This document shows positions 9,258-19,613 of a stretch of DNA of 64,000 nucleotides, piece after piece (position 1 is the first letter of the stretch; each line of letters opens with the position of its first letter). Origin of the DNA: an uncultured Acidobacteriota bacterium (GTDB lineage Bacteria; Acidobacteriota; Vicinamibacteria; Vicinamibacterales; SCN-69-37). The stretch is from the NCBI GenBank assembly GCA_963793255.1, contig CAWBZK010000003.1, forward strand, positions 214,878 to 278,877. Direction: 5' to 3'. Below the pieces are notes generated by a model. The model had not been told where the DNA came from and made no database searches. It saw only the letters and a list, made by a program, of their open reading frames with translations. The position numbers and the translations under genes are program-made.

Positions 9258-9918
9258 GATAGGCCTCCTCGAGGCGTGTGCGCGCGCGCTCGAGCCGCAC
9301 GCGAATCAACATCAGCGCGACGAACAGAATCGTGAACGCTGTCCAGCAGAAGTACAGCGGGATGCCCATGTCGACCGGTAGGGTCGGCACCACGCTCGTC
9401 AGCGGATGGATCGTGCGCCAGAGGTTGACCGACCAGTAGACGAACGGCACGAGCGCCATGCCGAAGAAGCCGACCGCGGCTGCGAGCACCTCGCTGCCCG
9501 CGCCGCCGAAACGCCGCAGCAGCAGGTAGGCGTTGAAGACCATCCACATGATGAACGTGCTCGTGATGCGCGGGTCCCAGATCCACCAGGTGCCCCAGGC
9601 CTTGCGCGCCCAGAGCGGCCCGGTGACGAACACGAGCAGCCCGAAGACGACAGAGAGCTCGGCCGCCGCCACGGCGACACGATCGGCCCCCGGCCGGCGC
9701 GAGAAGAGAAAGATCGCGCTGGCGACGCCGCACGTGAGCGCCGACACGAGCATCGTCATCGCCGACGGGAAGTGGAAATAGAAGATCTTGTAGACCAGGC
9801 CCATCGTGGACTCGTACGGCGCCGAGTCGATGAGGAACGGCGCCATGCCGAACATGACGAAGGCCAGCCCGAGAAGGATTGGAACGAGTCGTTGGGTCAC
9901 GCGCGTGTCTCTACTCAC
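9241..9918 (-). CDS. ccmC: haem exporter protein C
   Basis: 225 aa, multi-TM, with the WGTWWIWDPR tryptophan-rich (WWD) motif. Confidence 0.85.
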   Translation of the reverse strand: MSRDTRVTQRLVPILLGLAFVMFGMAPFLIDSAPYESTMGLVYKIFYFHFPSAMTMLVSALTCGVASAIFLFSRRPGADRVAVAAAELSVVFGLLVFVTGPLWARKAWGTWWIWDPRITSTFIMWMVFNAYLLLRRFGGAGSEVLAAAVGFFGMALVPFVYWSVNLWRTIHPLTSVVPTLPVDMGIPLYFCWTAFTILFVALMLIRVRLERARTRLEEAYLAVDD

Positions 9919-10593
9919 CCATCACGGGCGCAAACGTCCAGAGCGACAGCGTGATGAAGACGGCATCAAAGAATATCAGCATCGAGAGCCAGGTCTGGGC
10001 GAGCGCCAGATTCGGCTCCGCCGCGAAGATCGCCGCGGTGCCCTGCATGCCGCCGACCAGCGCCGGCAGCGTAATCGGGTAGAGCACGACCGGCAGCAGC
10101 ACGTCGCGCGATTCGGCCCGGCCGAGCATCGCCGCGAAGAGCGTGCCGACGGCGACAAACCCGACGGTGCCGGACGCGAGCAGGGCCAGAAGCAGTCCGG
10201 GCGCGCGCTCGAGCGGTGCATTGAACAGGAAGGCCACGAGGGGCACGAGCACGACCTCGATACCGATCAAGAGCGACAGCACGCCCAGAAACTTGCCGAG
10301 ATAGACGGCCGATCGCTCGACGGGCGCAAGCAACAACGCGCGCAGGGTCTCGGCCTGCCGCTCGCGCTCGAACGTCCGGCCAAGGGCCAGCGTGCCCGAG
10401 AACGCAATGGCCACCCACAGGATGCCGGCCGCCGAGTTGTCGATGGCCTCCCCTTCCCGTACGAACGCGAACGAGAAGATGAGGATGCAGGACACGGCGA
10501 AAAACAGCGCCGTGTAGACGAGCTCGCGGCTTCGCGACTCAATGCGGAAGTCCTTCCGAGCGATGAGCCACGCGGCTCGAAGGACGTTCGTCA
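9911..10593 (-). CDS. ccmB: haem exporter protein B
   Basis: Start MTNVLRAAWLIARKDFRIESRSRE; six TM-like segments; its ATG overlaps the ccmA stop. Confidence 0.8.
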
Positions 10594-11328
10594 TGCCGTC
10601 GGCTCTGCGAGTGCCCGGCGATACCGTTCGCGAAGCGGCTCGCGCCCGCCGGGAACGGCCAGCAGACGTCCATCCCGGAGACACACCGGCACGTCGACGA
10701 TGGCGTCGGCGCTTTCGAAGTCGTGCGTGGCCATCACGACGATGGCGCCCCGCTCCCGCAGCGTTCTCAAACGGGCCACGAGCAGACCGGACGACTCGTC
10801 GTCGAGGCCCGTGAACGGCTCGTCGAGCAGCAGGAGCCGCGGACTGTGCAGCAGCGCGCGTTCGAGCGCGAGCCGCTGGCGCAGGCCTCGCGAAAAACTC
10901 GCGACCCGATCGTGTGAACGGTCGGTGAGCCGCGCCTCCTGAAGTCCCTCGTCCAGACGCCGGTCGAGGTCCGTCAGACCGTAGAGCCGTCCGAAAAACG
11001 CAAGGTTTTCGCGCGCAGAGAGATCGCCGTAAAGAAACAGGTCGTGACCGAGCATGCCGATACGCCCGCGAAGCTGGTCGCCCCAGGTGCGCGCGGGCCG
11101 ATCGCCGTAGAGCACATCGCCGGCCGAGGGGCGAACGAGTGTCGAGAGCACGCCGAGGAGCGTGGATTTACCGGCGCCGTTCGGCCCGAGCAAACCGACG
11201 ATCTGGCCCGCACGGCAGTCGATCGACACGCGCGAAAGGGCGCGCCGGCGTCCGAAGTGGCGCGAGACCGCTTGCACGCTGACGACGTCGAAATCGACGC
11301 CGGAGTCTGGGGAAGGGGCGCCCGCCAT
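10591..11328 (-). CDS. ccmA: haem ABC exporter ATP-binding protein
   Basis: Internal start MAGAPSPDSG...; Walker A GPNGAGKST, signature SRGLRQRLAL, Walker B LLLLDEP. The upstream part of the 350-aa ORF is Arg/Gly-rich and overlaps the preceding gene. Confidence 0.85.
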   Translation of the reverse strand: MAGAPSPDSGVDFDVVSVQAVSRHFGRRRALSRVSIDCRAGQIVGLLGPNGAGKSTLLGVLSTLVRPSAGDVLYGDRPARTWGDQLRGRIGMLGHDLFLYGDLSARENLAFFGRLYGLTDLDRRLDEGLQEARLTDRSHDRVASFSRGLRQRLALERALLHSPRLLLLDEPFTGLDDESSGLLVARLRTLRERGAIVVMATHDFESADAIVDVPVCLRDGRLLAVPGGREPLRERYRRALAEPTA

Positions 11329-11345
11329 CGGTCGGGAGGTGAGAG

Positions 11346-12395
11346 TCAGGCAGCCCGGCCGCGCGAGCGCGAGCCGGTGGCGAACAGACCCGCCCAGAGC
11401 CCGGCGAACACGATCACGCCCGCGGCCGACAGCGCGACGTATCGTGGCCATCGGGCCTGATATGGCAGGCCGGTGATGTCGAGCGTCAGCGTCTCCCCCA
11501 CTGCCATCCCAGGGCCCGAGCCGACCACCAGCAGCTGGCCCTGCTCGGTGACGACCCGTTGTCCGCTGAGTTGTGGCGACCGCAGATCGAGATTTCCCGT
11601 CTTGAGCGCGAACACGATGAGCTGCTGGAGTGGCGCCGGCCATTTCTGCTCGAGCCGCGCGACCGGCCCGTTGTACGGCAACTCGAACCGCACGGTCACG
11701 CGCGTCGTCCCGGGCTGAAACGGTCCCCTGACCACGACGCGCGGCCCGTTGGCCGTCGCCTGAGGGGACGAATCCTCGACCGTCGCGGCGCCAATGGCGC
11801 CTTGAGGCAGCTCGAACGTCAGCGGCCCACCGATGTCCACCGGCGAGGAACTGGAGTTGAGAATCGACAGCACGTAGAAGATGAAGAGCTTGTCGTCGCT
11901 GAACTGAGCGATGACCCGCGACTCGGGACCGAGGACCACGGGGCCGGAAACGGCTGGCCCCGCCGTCGCCGCGCCCGGAGACGGTGCGGCGGAGGCGGGC
12001 CCTGAAGGCGCTCCGGCTGGGGCGGACGTGGACAGGATGAATCGATAGCCGCTCTGCCCGATCGTGACTTCCTGTGTCTCGAGCCGCTCGCCATCGACCA
12101 CAGCGGAGGCTTTGACGCGTGCTCCCGGGGCGAGGCCCTTGATCTCGGCGCGACCAGCGGCGTCCGTGCGAACCTCCGTGGTCTTCCCGCTCACGTCAAA
12201 CGTCACCGTCGCGTCCGTCACGTTGTTCGCAAAGCTGCCGCGGACGACACGAACGGAAATGCTGCCCGCCGGCAGGTCGGTCGTCGGAAGTGGAACGCCT
12301 GACATCTGCCGAAGATCGGGCGTGTTGACCTGCGCCGCGATCGCATTCGCGAACAGGAACACGCCGGCGATGGCGCCCAGAACGCGTCCGGTCAC
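11346..12395 (-). CDS. secreted protein with carboxypeptidase-regulatory-like beta-sandwich and C-terminal TM anchor
   Basis: The GTG start overlaps the upstream stop (GTGA). Signal VTGRVLGAIAGVFLFANAIAAQ; ISVRVVRGSF...VTFDVSGKTTEVRTDAAGRAEIKGLAPG; C-terminal RYVALSAAGVIVFAGLWAGLF. Confidence 0.5.
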   Translation of the reverse strand: MTGRVLGAIAGVFLFANAIAAQVNTPDLRQMSGVPLPTTDLPAGSISVRVVRGSFANNVTDATVTFDVSGKTTEVRTDAAGRAEIKGLAPGARVKASAVVDGERLETQEVTIGQSGYRFILSTSAPAGAPSGPASAAPSPGAATAGPAVSGPVVLGPESRVIAQFSDDKLFIFYVLSILNSSSSPVDIGGPLTFELPQGAIGAATVEDSSPQATANGPRVVVRGPFQPGTTRVTVRFELPYNGPVARLEQKWPAPLQQLIVFALKTGNLDLRSPQLSGQRVVTEQGQLLVVGSGPGMAVGETLTLDITGLPYQARWPRYVALSAAGVIVFAGLWAGLFATGSRSRGRAA

Positions 12396-12914
12396 AACTT
12401 CGCTCCGCAGTGCTTGCAAAACCGGGCGTCGGAATCGATGGGTGCATCGCACGATGCGCATGTCGTCCGCTTTGCGGGCGCTGGGGCCTTCTCGACAGGT
12501 CCATCGAGCGCCTGCATCAGCTCGAGGGCGCGCGCACGCAGGCGGCCACCGATTTCCGCGAAGTCCTGATCGCTCACCTTCCGCATGGCGCGATCGAACT
12601 CGAGCTCCTTGATTGACCGAAGGACGAGGGCTTTCTCTTGTTCCAGAAACTGGCGCGTCCGGCCGAGACGCCACCTTCTCGACGGATCCACCACCGAGGA
12701 AGCCGGCGATCGCGGAGTGAAGGGCGGCGCCGACAAGACCCGCCGCGACAATCGACGCGCTCAGCATGATCAGCGCCGCCGGATGTGTATTGCGCGACAC
12801 GATCACCGCTCCTGTCGCTCCGGCGAGCGACAGGAGGATGTAAAAGTGCCAGGGCTGAAAGCTGGAATCGCGGCGCGTCGCGCCGCGGTCAGTCGAGCTC
12901 CCGGAGCTCATCAT
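12392..12914 (-). CDS. 2-TM / coiled-coil / zinc-ribbon protein; one frame break about 12660-12700
   Basis: MMSSGSS...WHFYILLSLAGATGAVIV...LIMLSASIVAAGLVGAAL in one frame. Then RQFLEQEKALVLRSIKELEFDRAMRKVSDQDF...CASCDAPIDSDARFCKHCGAKL in the frame of ORF 12392..12751. Confidence 0.5.
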
Positions 12915-15375
12915 CAAGACGATCCTGGAGGGCTGAAGGGGCCGTGGCGGCGGCTGGCGCCTCGGGAGTGGTTCCATTGCCGCGACGACGGCTCCAACGC
13001 ATCGCCACGCCGCCGACGAGCACGATGCCGCCGAGTCCCACGCCATAGGGCAAGAGCCAGGCAAGGCGATTGAAGCCGCGATCGATCGGCTCGGTCAGCA
13101 CTTCCTGGCTTCCCCACTTCTTGATGAAGAGCTGGACGATCTCGTCGCGGCTGCGACCGCCTGCAACATGCCCCGCGAGCTCCTTGCGCATGTCAGCAGC
13201 CAAAGGACACGTGCACTCGCCAATCTTCTTCCGGCCACATCCCCCGCACATGCACACGAGATGACCCTGCAGGTCCTTCTCGAGCTGCGTCTTGGGGACG
13301 AGGATCACCGTCTGCGGTTGATCGACGTGCTGAGCCGCAACCCGCGCGCCACCAAGCGCCAGGGCAATGACCAGGATGAGCGCCGTCGGCACGGAACTGG
13401 ACGGCACGGGCGCCGTCGCGAACGCAAACGCGCGCTCGGGTAGAAGCGCGATGATCGTGCCGAGGACCATCACACTCACGCCGAACCAGACCCAGTTCAC
13501 CAGCGGGTTGATCGTGATTTGCAGGTGGACTTCCTGGCTTCCGACTTCGAAGTTCGCGAGCACGAGGTGTAGATCGTGCGCAAAGCCCCGCCGCAGCGCG
13601 ACCTCCGTCGTCGGCTCGCCTTCGCGTCCGACGAAATACCACCGCGCCGGATACATCCGCGCGAAGGGTTGCCCCTCGCGCGTGACGGTCACGTCGGCCG
13701 TGATCATCTGTTTCTGCGAGTCCTGGGTGACCTTCAATGCGTTGAAGAGCACCTGGTACGGCCCGACCACCACGTTCTGCCCCGGTTTGAGCCCGACTTC
13801 TTCCTGCAGCTTGCCGTTGAGCCCTTCACCGGCGAAGCCCAGGAAGATGAGCACGATACCCAGGTGCACGATGTAGCCCGCGTACCGGCGCCGTGAGCGG
13901 GTGAACAAGCCGATGAACGCCGTGAGAACGTCCGTGCCCGTGGCGGACTTCCGCACGAACGCGCCACGGATGAACTCCTGCAGGACTGTCGTCGTCACCC
14001 AGGCGCAGAGCGCGAAACACACGCCAGACGCCCAGAGGGGCACGCCAAGCGCGACCATGCCGCCGCCAACGGCCAGAGCGGCCAGCGCCGGCCACATGAA
14101 TTGCGTCTGCATGTTCGCAATCGAGGACTTGCGCCACGCGAGAAGCGGTCCAACACCGGTCAGAAACAGCAGGACGAAGCCGACCGGCGTCATCCACTTG
14201 TTGAAGAACGGTCCGGCGACCGTCAGACGTTCGCCGCGAATCGCTTCACTCAGCGTCGGGAACATCGTCGCGAAGAGCACGAAGAACGCCGCGAACAGAA
14301 GAACCCAGTTGTTCGCGAGGAACGCCGCCTCGCGCGACGCCCAGGAGTCGAGCTCGTTGCGCGACCGGAGGAGCGGCATCCGGTAGATGACCAGGCCGAA
14401 GCTCACCGCGAGCGTGAAGATCATGAACGCGGTGAACATCAGGGCGAGCTCGCGGTCCTCGCCAAAGGCGTGCACCGACTGCACGACGCCGGAGCGCGTC
14501 ATGAAGGTGCCGAAAATCGTCAGGAAGAACGTGACGATGACGAGCGAGATGTTCCAGACCTTCAGCATGCCGCGCCGTTCCTGCACCATGACCGAGTGCA
14601 GAAACGCCGTGGCGGTGAACCACGGCAGCAGGCCCGCGTTCTCGACCGGATCCCAGCCCCAGTAGCCGCCCCAGCCCAGCTCTTCGTACGCCCACATCGC
14701 GCCGAGCGTCAGGCCGACCGTGAGGAACAGCCACGGCACCATCGTCCAGCGGCGAACCGCGCGGAGCCACGAATCGTCCAGCTGCCCGCTCGCGAGCGCC
14801 GCGATGCCGAACGCGAACGGAATGGTCATGCCGACGAAGCCGATGTAGAGCATCGGCGGGTGGATGGCCATGTAGTAGTTCTGCAGCAGCGGGTTCAGGC
14901 CCTCGCCATCCGCATGGATTGTCGCGAGGAACGTCGAAAACGGGTTGTTGTGGATCACCATCAGGAAGAGGAAGAACATCTCCACGACGGCGATCGTTGC
15001 GACGACCCAGGGCACGAGCAGCCGGTAACGCTCGCGATTCACGTGCACGGCCACGCTCCCGAAGGCCGAGAGCAGCGTGACCCAGAACATGATGGAGCCG
15101 TCGAGCCCGCCCCAGTACGACGCGAGCTTGTAGAAGAGCGGCTGCGCGGAGTTCGAGTAGTGCTGAACGTAGCGAATGGTGAAGTCGCCGGTGACGAAGG
15201 CGTGCACCATGATCGCCGACGCGACGAGCATGATCGCCGTGACGACGTGGAAGAGACCGAGGCCGCCGAGGATCAGGGCGTTGTGACGGCGACGGGCGCC
15301 CGCGAAGGACGCCGCGAATGCCCCGCTCGCGATGACGAACGCCGCGAGCAGAAGGAACGAGCCGAGGCTGGCCAC
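12889..15375 (-). CDS. ccmF: cytochrome c haem lyase CcmF fused to a CcmH/NrfF-like C-terminal domain
   Basis: Uninterrupted ORF. WGGYWGWDPVENA WWD motif and many TMs. The C-terminal 130 aa read HLVCMCGGCGRKKIGECTCPLAADMRKEL...SRDEIVQLFIKKWGSQEVLTEP plus a TM, which is CcmH-like. GTG start at 15375 overlaps the ccmE stop. Confidence 0.85.
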   Translation of the reverse strand: MASLGSFLLLAAFVIASGAFAASFAGARRRHNALILGGLGLFHVVTAIMLVASAIMVHAFVTGDFTIRYVQHYSNSAQPLFYKLASYWGGLDGSIMFWVTLLSAFGSVAVHVNRERYRLLVPWVVATIAVVEMFFLFLMVIHNNPFSTFLATIHADGEGLNPLLQNYYMAIHPPMLYIGFVGMTIPFAFGIAALASGQLDDSWLRAVRRWTMVPWLFLTVGLTLGAMWAYEELGWGGYWGWDPVENAGLLPWFTATAFLHSVMVQERRGMLKVWNISLVIVTFFLTIFGTFMTRSGVVQSVHAFGEDRELALMFTAFMIFTLAVSFGLVIYRMPLLRSRNELDSWASREAAFLANNWVLLFAAFFVLFATMFPTLSEAIRGERLTVAGPFFNKWMTPVGFVLLFLTGVGPLLAWRKSSIANMQTQFMWPALAALAVGGGMVALGVPLWASGVCFALCAWVTTTVLQEFIRGAFVRKSATGTDVLTAFIGLFTRSRRRYAGYIVHLGIVLIFLGFAGEGLNGKLQEEVGLKPGQNVVVGPYQVLFNALKVTQDSQKQMITADVTVTREGQPFARMYPARWYFVGREGEPTTEVALRRGFAHDLHLVLANFEVGSQEVHLQITINPLVNWVWFGVSVMVLGTIIALLPERAFAFATAPVPSSSVPTALILVIALALGGARVAAQHVDQPQTVILVPKTQLEKDLQGHLVCMCGGCGRKKIGECTCPLAADMRKELAGHVAGGRSRDEIVQLFIKKWGSQEVLTEPIDRGFNRLAWLLPYGVGLGGIVLVGGVAMRWSRRRGNGTTPEAPAAATAPSALQDRLDDELRELD

Positions 15376-15818
15376 TAGTAACTCACGGGTCGCGCGGAGG
15401 CGGCCTTCTGGTCCGGGTCGTACCGCGACGGACACTTGGCCGTGACGCCGTTGCGCTTGACCTGGAATCCTCCGGGCTCGAGCGTGCCGGTCAGCACCAC
15501 CTCAGCGCCGTCCTTGAACGTGTCCGGCACGGTGCCTGTGTAGGTCGCGGTGACCGTGTGGTCGCCGTTCTTGACCTTGAACCGGTAGTCGAGGCTGTTC
15601 GGTCGCTTCTCGATCGAGCCGTCGACGACGAAGCCATGGAGATTCATGTTCTTGCCGTACCACTGCTCCGGGCTCGGCATGACCTCGTGCACTTCCTTGT
15701 AGTACGCGGCGCTCTCGGCCATCGTGGTGAACAGCAGCGCGCCGAGCGCGGTGCCGACGATCAGCACAGAGAGAATGGCCCGAGAGGTCCTGGTACTCAT
15801 TAATCGTGGCTCCGTCAC
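15375..15818 (-). CDS. ccmE: haem chaperone CcmE, CxxxY variant
   Basis: N-terminal TM, OB-fold blocks NMNLHGFVVDGSI and GAEVVLTGTL. The haem-binding position reads AKCPSRY instead of the canonical AKHxxxY. An alternative start at 15800 is possible. Confidence 0.8.
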   Translation of the reverse strand: MTEPRLMSTRTSRAILSVLIVGTALGALLFTTMAESAAYYKEVHEVMPSPEQWYGKNMNLHGFVVDGSIEKRPNSLDYRFKVKNGDHTVTATYTGTVPDTFKDGAEVVLTGTLEPGGFQVKRNGVTAKCPSRYDPDQKAASARPVSY

Positions 15819-15848
15819 CGATCAGGATACGGCCCGGAGGCGGCTGAA

Positions 15849-16412
15849 TCAACTGCCATCCACCAGATCGGCCAGGGCGGCAAGCGGCAAGCCGACGACG
15901 TTCGAGTAGGAACCATCGATTCTCGGGATGAACCGAGCCGCGAGTCCCTGAATCGCGTAGCCGCCGGCCTTGTCCATGGGCTCTCCGGACGTGGCGTACC
16001 ACTCGATTTCCGCCGCGGACAGCGTCCGGAACCAGACGGTCGTCCGCTCCACGTGGGTTCGCACGCGTCCGGCTGCCGCCACGGCGATGCCCGTCATCAC
16101 CTCATGCGAGCGGCCGCTCAACTGGCCCAGCATCTCGCGCGCGTCCGCCTCGTCTCGCGGCTTGCCGAGCACCGCATCCCCGAGGACGACCACCGTGTCG
16201 GCCGCGACGACGATCCGCTGCGGATGACGTCCGGCGCCCGTCGAGGCCTTCAGGCGAGCGACGCGGTCGACATACATCGTCGGCGGTTCGCCGTGGAGCC
16301 GCGACTCGTCGACGTCCACCGGATCGACGTCGAACGCGAACCCCGCGGCGGTGAGCAGCTCGGCGCGTCGCGGTGAGGCCGACGCGAGAACGAGGCGAGT
16401 TGCGCCTGGCAT
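15849..16412 (-). CDS. maf: Maf-like nucleoside triphosphate pyrophosphatase
   Basis: Internal start MPGATRLVLASASPRRAELL; DKAGGYAIQG; GLPL. The upstream part of the ORF is translated hairpin repeat. Confidence 0.85.
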   Translation of the reverse strand: MPGATRLVLASASPRRAELLTAAGFAFDVDPVDVDESRLHGEPPTMYVDRVARLKASTGAGRHPQRIVVAADTVVVLGDAVLGKPRDEADAREMLGQLSGRSHEVMTGIAVAAAGRVRTHVERTTVWFRTLSAAEIEWYATSGEPMDKAGGYAIQGLAARFIPRIDGSYSNVVGLPLAALADLVDGS

Positions 16413-16413
16413 C

Positions 16414-16563
16414 GGGGGATTTGAAATTTGAGATTGATGATCCATTGGGGATCGGGGATCCGGGAATTGTTGATTGGGTCGAGCTCTCGATGCGCAATCA
16501 TCAATCATCAATCCCCAATCATCAATCATCAATGGATCATCAATTTCAAATCTCAAATCCCCC
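16414..16563. repeat. 150-nt imperfect hairpin of GATTG/GATGAT words ('empty' member of the GATTGNG family)
   Basis: The outer 34 nt gggggatttgaaatttgagattgatgatccattg pair with caatggatcatcaatttcaaatctcaaatccccc (2 non-Watson-Crick positions). Inner arms are attgttgattggg / ccccaatcatcaat. It fills the gap between the maf start and the DUF721 start. Confidence 0.8.
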
Positions 16564-16587
16564 GATGCACGTATCATTGAGATTCCC

Positions 16588-16914
16588 ATGAAGCGTCTTG
16601 ATCAAGCGGCGATCGCCGCTCTCAAGTCGATCCTCGAAACCCAACCGACGACCGAAGCCAAGGTGTCGTTTGCCTGGACGATTGCGGCCGGTCCGACGCT
16701 GGCGCGGGCGGCGACCGTCACGTGGTCCGAAACCGGAACCCTCCGCGTCGTGGCGCGTACGGAGGCCTGGCGTCAGGAGCTCGCGCGCGCGCGCCCCCTC
16801 ATCGCGCGGCGCATCGCCGATCTCGTCGGTGAGGACGTCGTGCGTCGCATCGCCATCGACGTCGTGAGGGACGAGCGTCTGGTGTCGAACGTCGTGCCCC
16901 CTTCGCGCAGATGA
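16588..16914 (+). CDS. DUF721 (DciA-like) protein
   Basis: 108 aa, [16 protein letters not shown]...[51 protein letters not shown], the typical DUF721 pattern. Confidence 0.65.
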   Translation: MKRLDQAAIAALKSILETQPTTEAKVSFAWTIAAGPTLARAATVTWSETGTLRVVARTEAWRQELARARPLIARRIADLVGEDVVRRIAIDVVRDERLVSNVVPPSRR

Positions 16915-16922
16915 GGGACCAC

Positions 16923-18098
16923 ATGCGCGAGGCCGTCATTGTCAGCGCCACACGCACACCGACCGGGAAATTTCTCGGCTCGCTGAAAGGCTTCAGCGCG
17001 ACCGACCTCGGCGCCATGGCCGTGCGCGAGGCCGTCAGCCGCGCCGGCGTCGACCCTGCCTCGATTGACGAGTGCATCCTCGGCAACGTCGTCAGCGCCG
17101 GCCTCGGCCAGGCGCCTGCGCGCCAGGCGGCCCTCCGAGGCGGTCTTGACCCCAAAGTGGCAGCGCTGACGATCAACAAGGTCTGCGGATCCGGGCTCAA
17201 GGCCGTGATGCTCGCCACCCAGGCCATCGCGCTCGGCGATGCGGACATCGTCGTCGCCGGCGGCATGGAGTCGATGAGCAATTGCCCGTACCTCCTGCCT
17301 GGCGCGCGCGATGGGCTGCGCATGGGCGACGCGAAGCTGGTCGACTCGATGGTCCACGACGGTCTCTGGGATTCATTTCACGACATCCACATGGGCCTGA
17401 CCGGCGAGCACGTGGCGGAGCGCTACAAGGTCACGCGCGAGGAGCAGGACCGATACGCCGTCGAGTCGCATCGGCGAGCCGCGGCCGCCACGCGTGCGGG
17501 CTGGTTCAAGGACGAGATCCTGCCGGTGTCCATTCCCGGAAAGCCAGGTCCGACGATCTTCGATCGCGACGAGTCGATCCGCGAGGACACGAGCACGGAA
17601 GCGTTGGCGCGCCTGAAGCCCGCGTTCAAGAAAGACGGCACGGTGACGGCCGGAAACGCGCCGGGTGTGAACGACGCGGCAGCCGCGCTCGTGGTGATGG
17701 GCGCTGATGTGGCCGAACGACTGAAGGTGAAGCCGATCGCCCGCATCGTCGGCTACGCGACGTCGGGGCTCGAGCCGAAGCTCGTGATGATGACGCCTGT
17801 CGAGGCCGTGCGCGCCCTCGTTCGGAAAATCGGGTGGTCCCTTGGCGGACGTGGATCTCGTCGAGCTGAACGAAGCGTTCTCGGTGCAGGCCGTCGCCGT
17901 GACGCGTGAGCTCGGTCTCGACCCGGGCCGGGTCAACGTTCAGGGCGGCGCCGTCGCGTTGGGGCACCCGATTGGCGCCAGTGGCGCGCGCATCCTGACC
18001 ACTTTGATCTACGCGCTCGGCCGCGCCGGCAAGTCACGAGGCATCGCGACCTTGTGTCTCGGCGGGGGAAACGGCGTGGCACTGGCCGTCGAGCGCGC

Positions 18099-18102
<4 letters not shown>
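16923..18102 (+). CDS. acetyl-CoA C-acetyltransferase (thiolase); one frame break about 17838-17841
   Basis: [25 protein letters not shown], then after ...RKIGWS the frame of ORF 17842..18102 continues [16 protein letters not shown]...[18 protein letters not shown]...[15 protein letters not shown]. Confidence 0.85.
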
Positions 18103-18950
<848 letters not shown>

Positions 18951-19087
18951 TGATCTGCGATCGGTGATTGCGGATTGCATTGACGGATTGGGGATCGATG
19001 GGGATTGAGGATTGAAAATCCTCGATCCGCAATCCTCAGATGACCCGATCATCGATCATCGCAATCGCCGATCACAAATCCTCAATG
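18951..19087. repeat. 137-nt imperfect hairpin, GATTGNG family
   Basis: tgatctgcgatcggtgattgcggattgcattgacggattgggg...gaggattgaaaatcctc...cgcaatcgccgatcacaaatcctcaatg. Centre is gagga-ttgaaaa-tcctc. It starts one base after the hbd stop. Confidence 0.75.
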
Positions 19088-19595
19088 TCATGTGTCTTCG
19101 CCGAATCCACCACGTGCCGACGAAGATGGGCACGAGAATCAGCATCTCCCTCACAAACGACGTGATGTTCTGGTGCCAGAAGTTCTGGCGATCCCAATGG
19201 CGTTCGATCGCGCCAAAGACGTTCAATCCGGTATGCCAGTGCTCGGATGAGAACGGCCAGAACAGCATCACGCCAATGGGCGGCCCAGGTCGAACGAGCT
19301 CGCGTCGAAGAGCGGGTGACTGAACCAGGCGACGAATGCGACGAGCCAGATGCGCGCGCGGGCCATGCGCGATCGGCCAGCGTCGCCACGCGGCGATGGT
19401 GGCGACGATCAGGGCGGCGCCGATGCTGTGTGTTTCCTGACTGTGCCGGCCGATGAGGAGATCGAGATCCGGCGCCATGCCGAGCGCCGCGAGGATGGCG
19501 GTCTGACGGATGAGATCGCGCCGTGACGATTCCGGGCGCGACAGCGACCATCCGGCCGCGGTCGCGCCCAGGGCGTGTGCAATCGGTGAGGGCAA
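19056..19595 (-). CDS. YdjM-family membrane-bound metal-dependent hydrolase (DUF457); two frame breaks (about 19355 and 19285)
   Basis: MPSPIAHALGA...LDLLIGRHSQETHSIGAAL; an alternative frame gives ARIWLVAFVAWFSHPLFDA (the H-x-L-x-D motif); back in frame PPIGVMLFWPFSSEHW. Confidence 0.55.
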   Translation of the reverse strand: MPSPIAHALGATAAGWSLSRPESSRRDLIRQTAILAALGMAPDLDLLIGRHSQETHSIGAALIVATIAAWRRWPIAHGPRAHLARRIRRLVQSPALRRELVRPGPPIGVMLFWPFSSEHWHTGLNVFGAIERHWDRQNFWHQNITSFVREMLILVPIFVGTWWIRRRHMTLRICDRRLR

Positions 19596-19613
19596 ACGTT
19601 CCGGACGTTCCGC

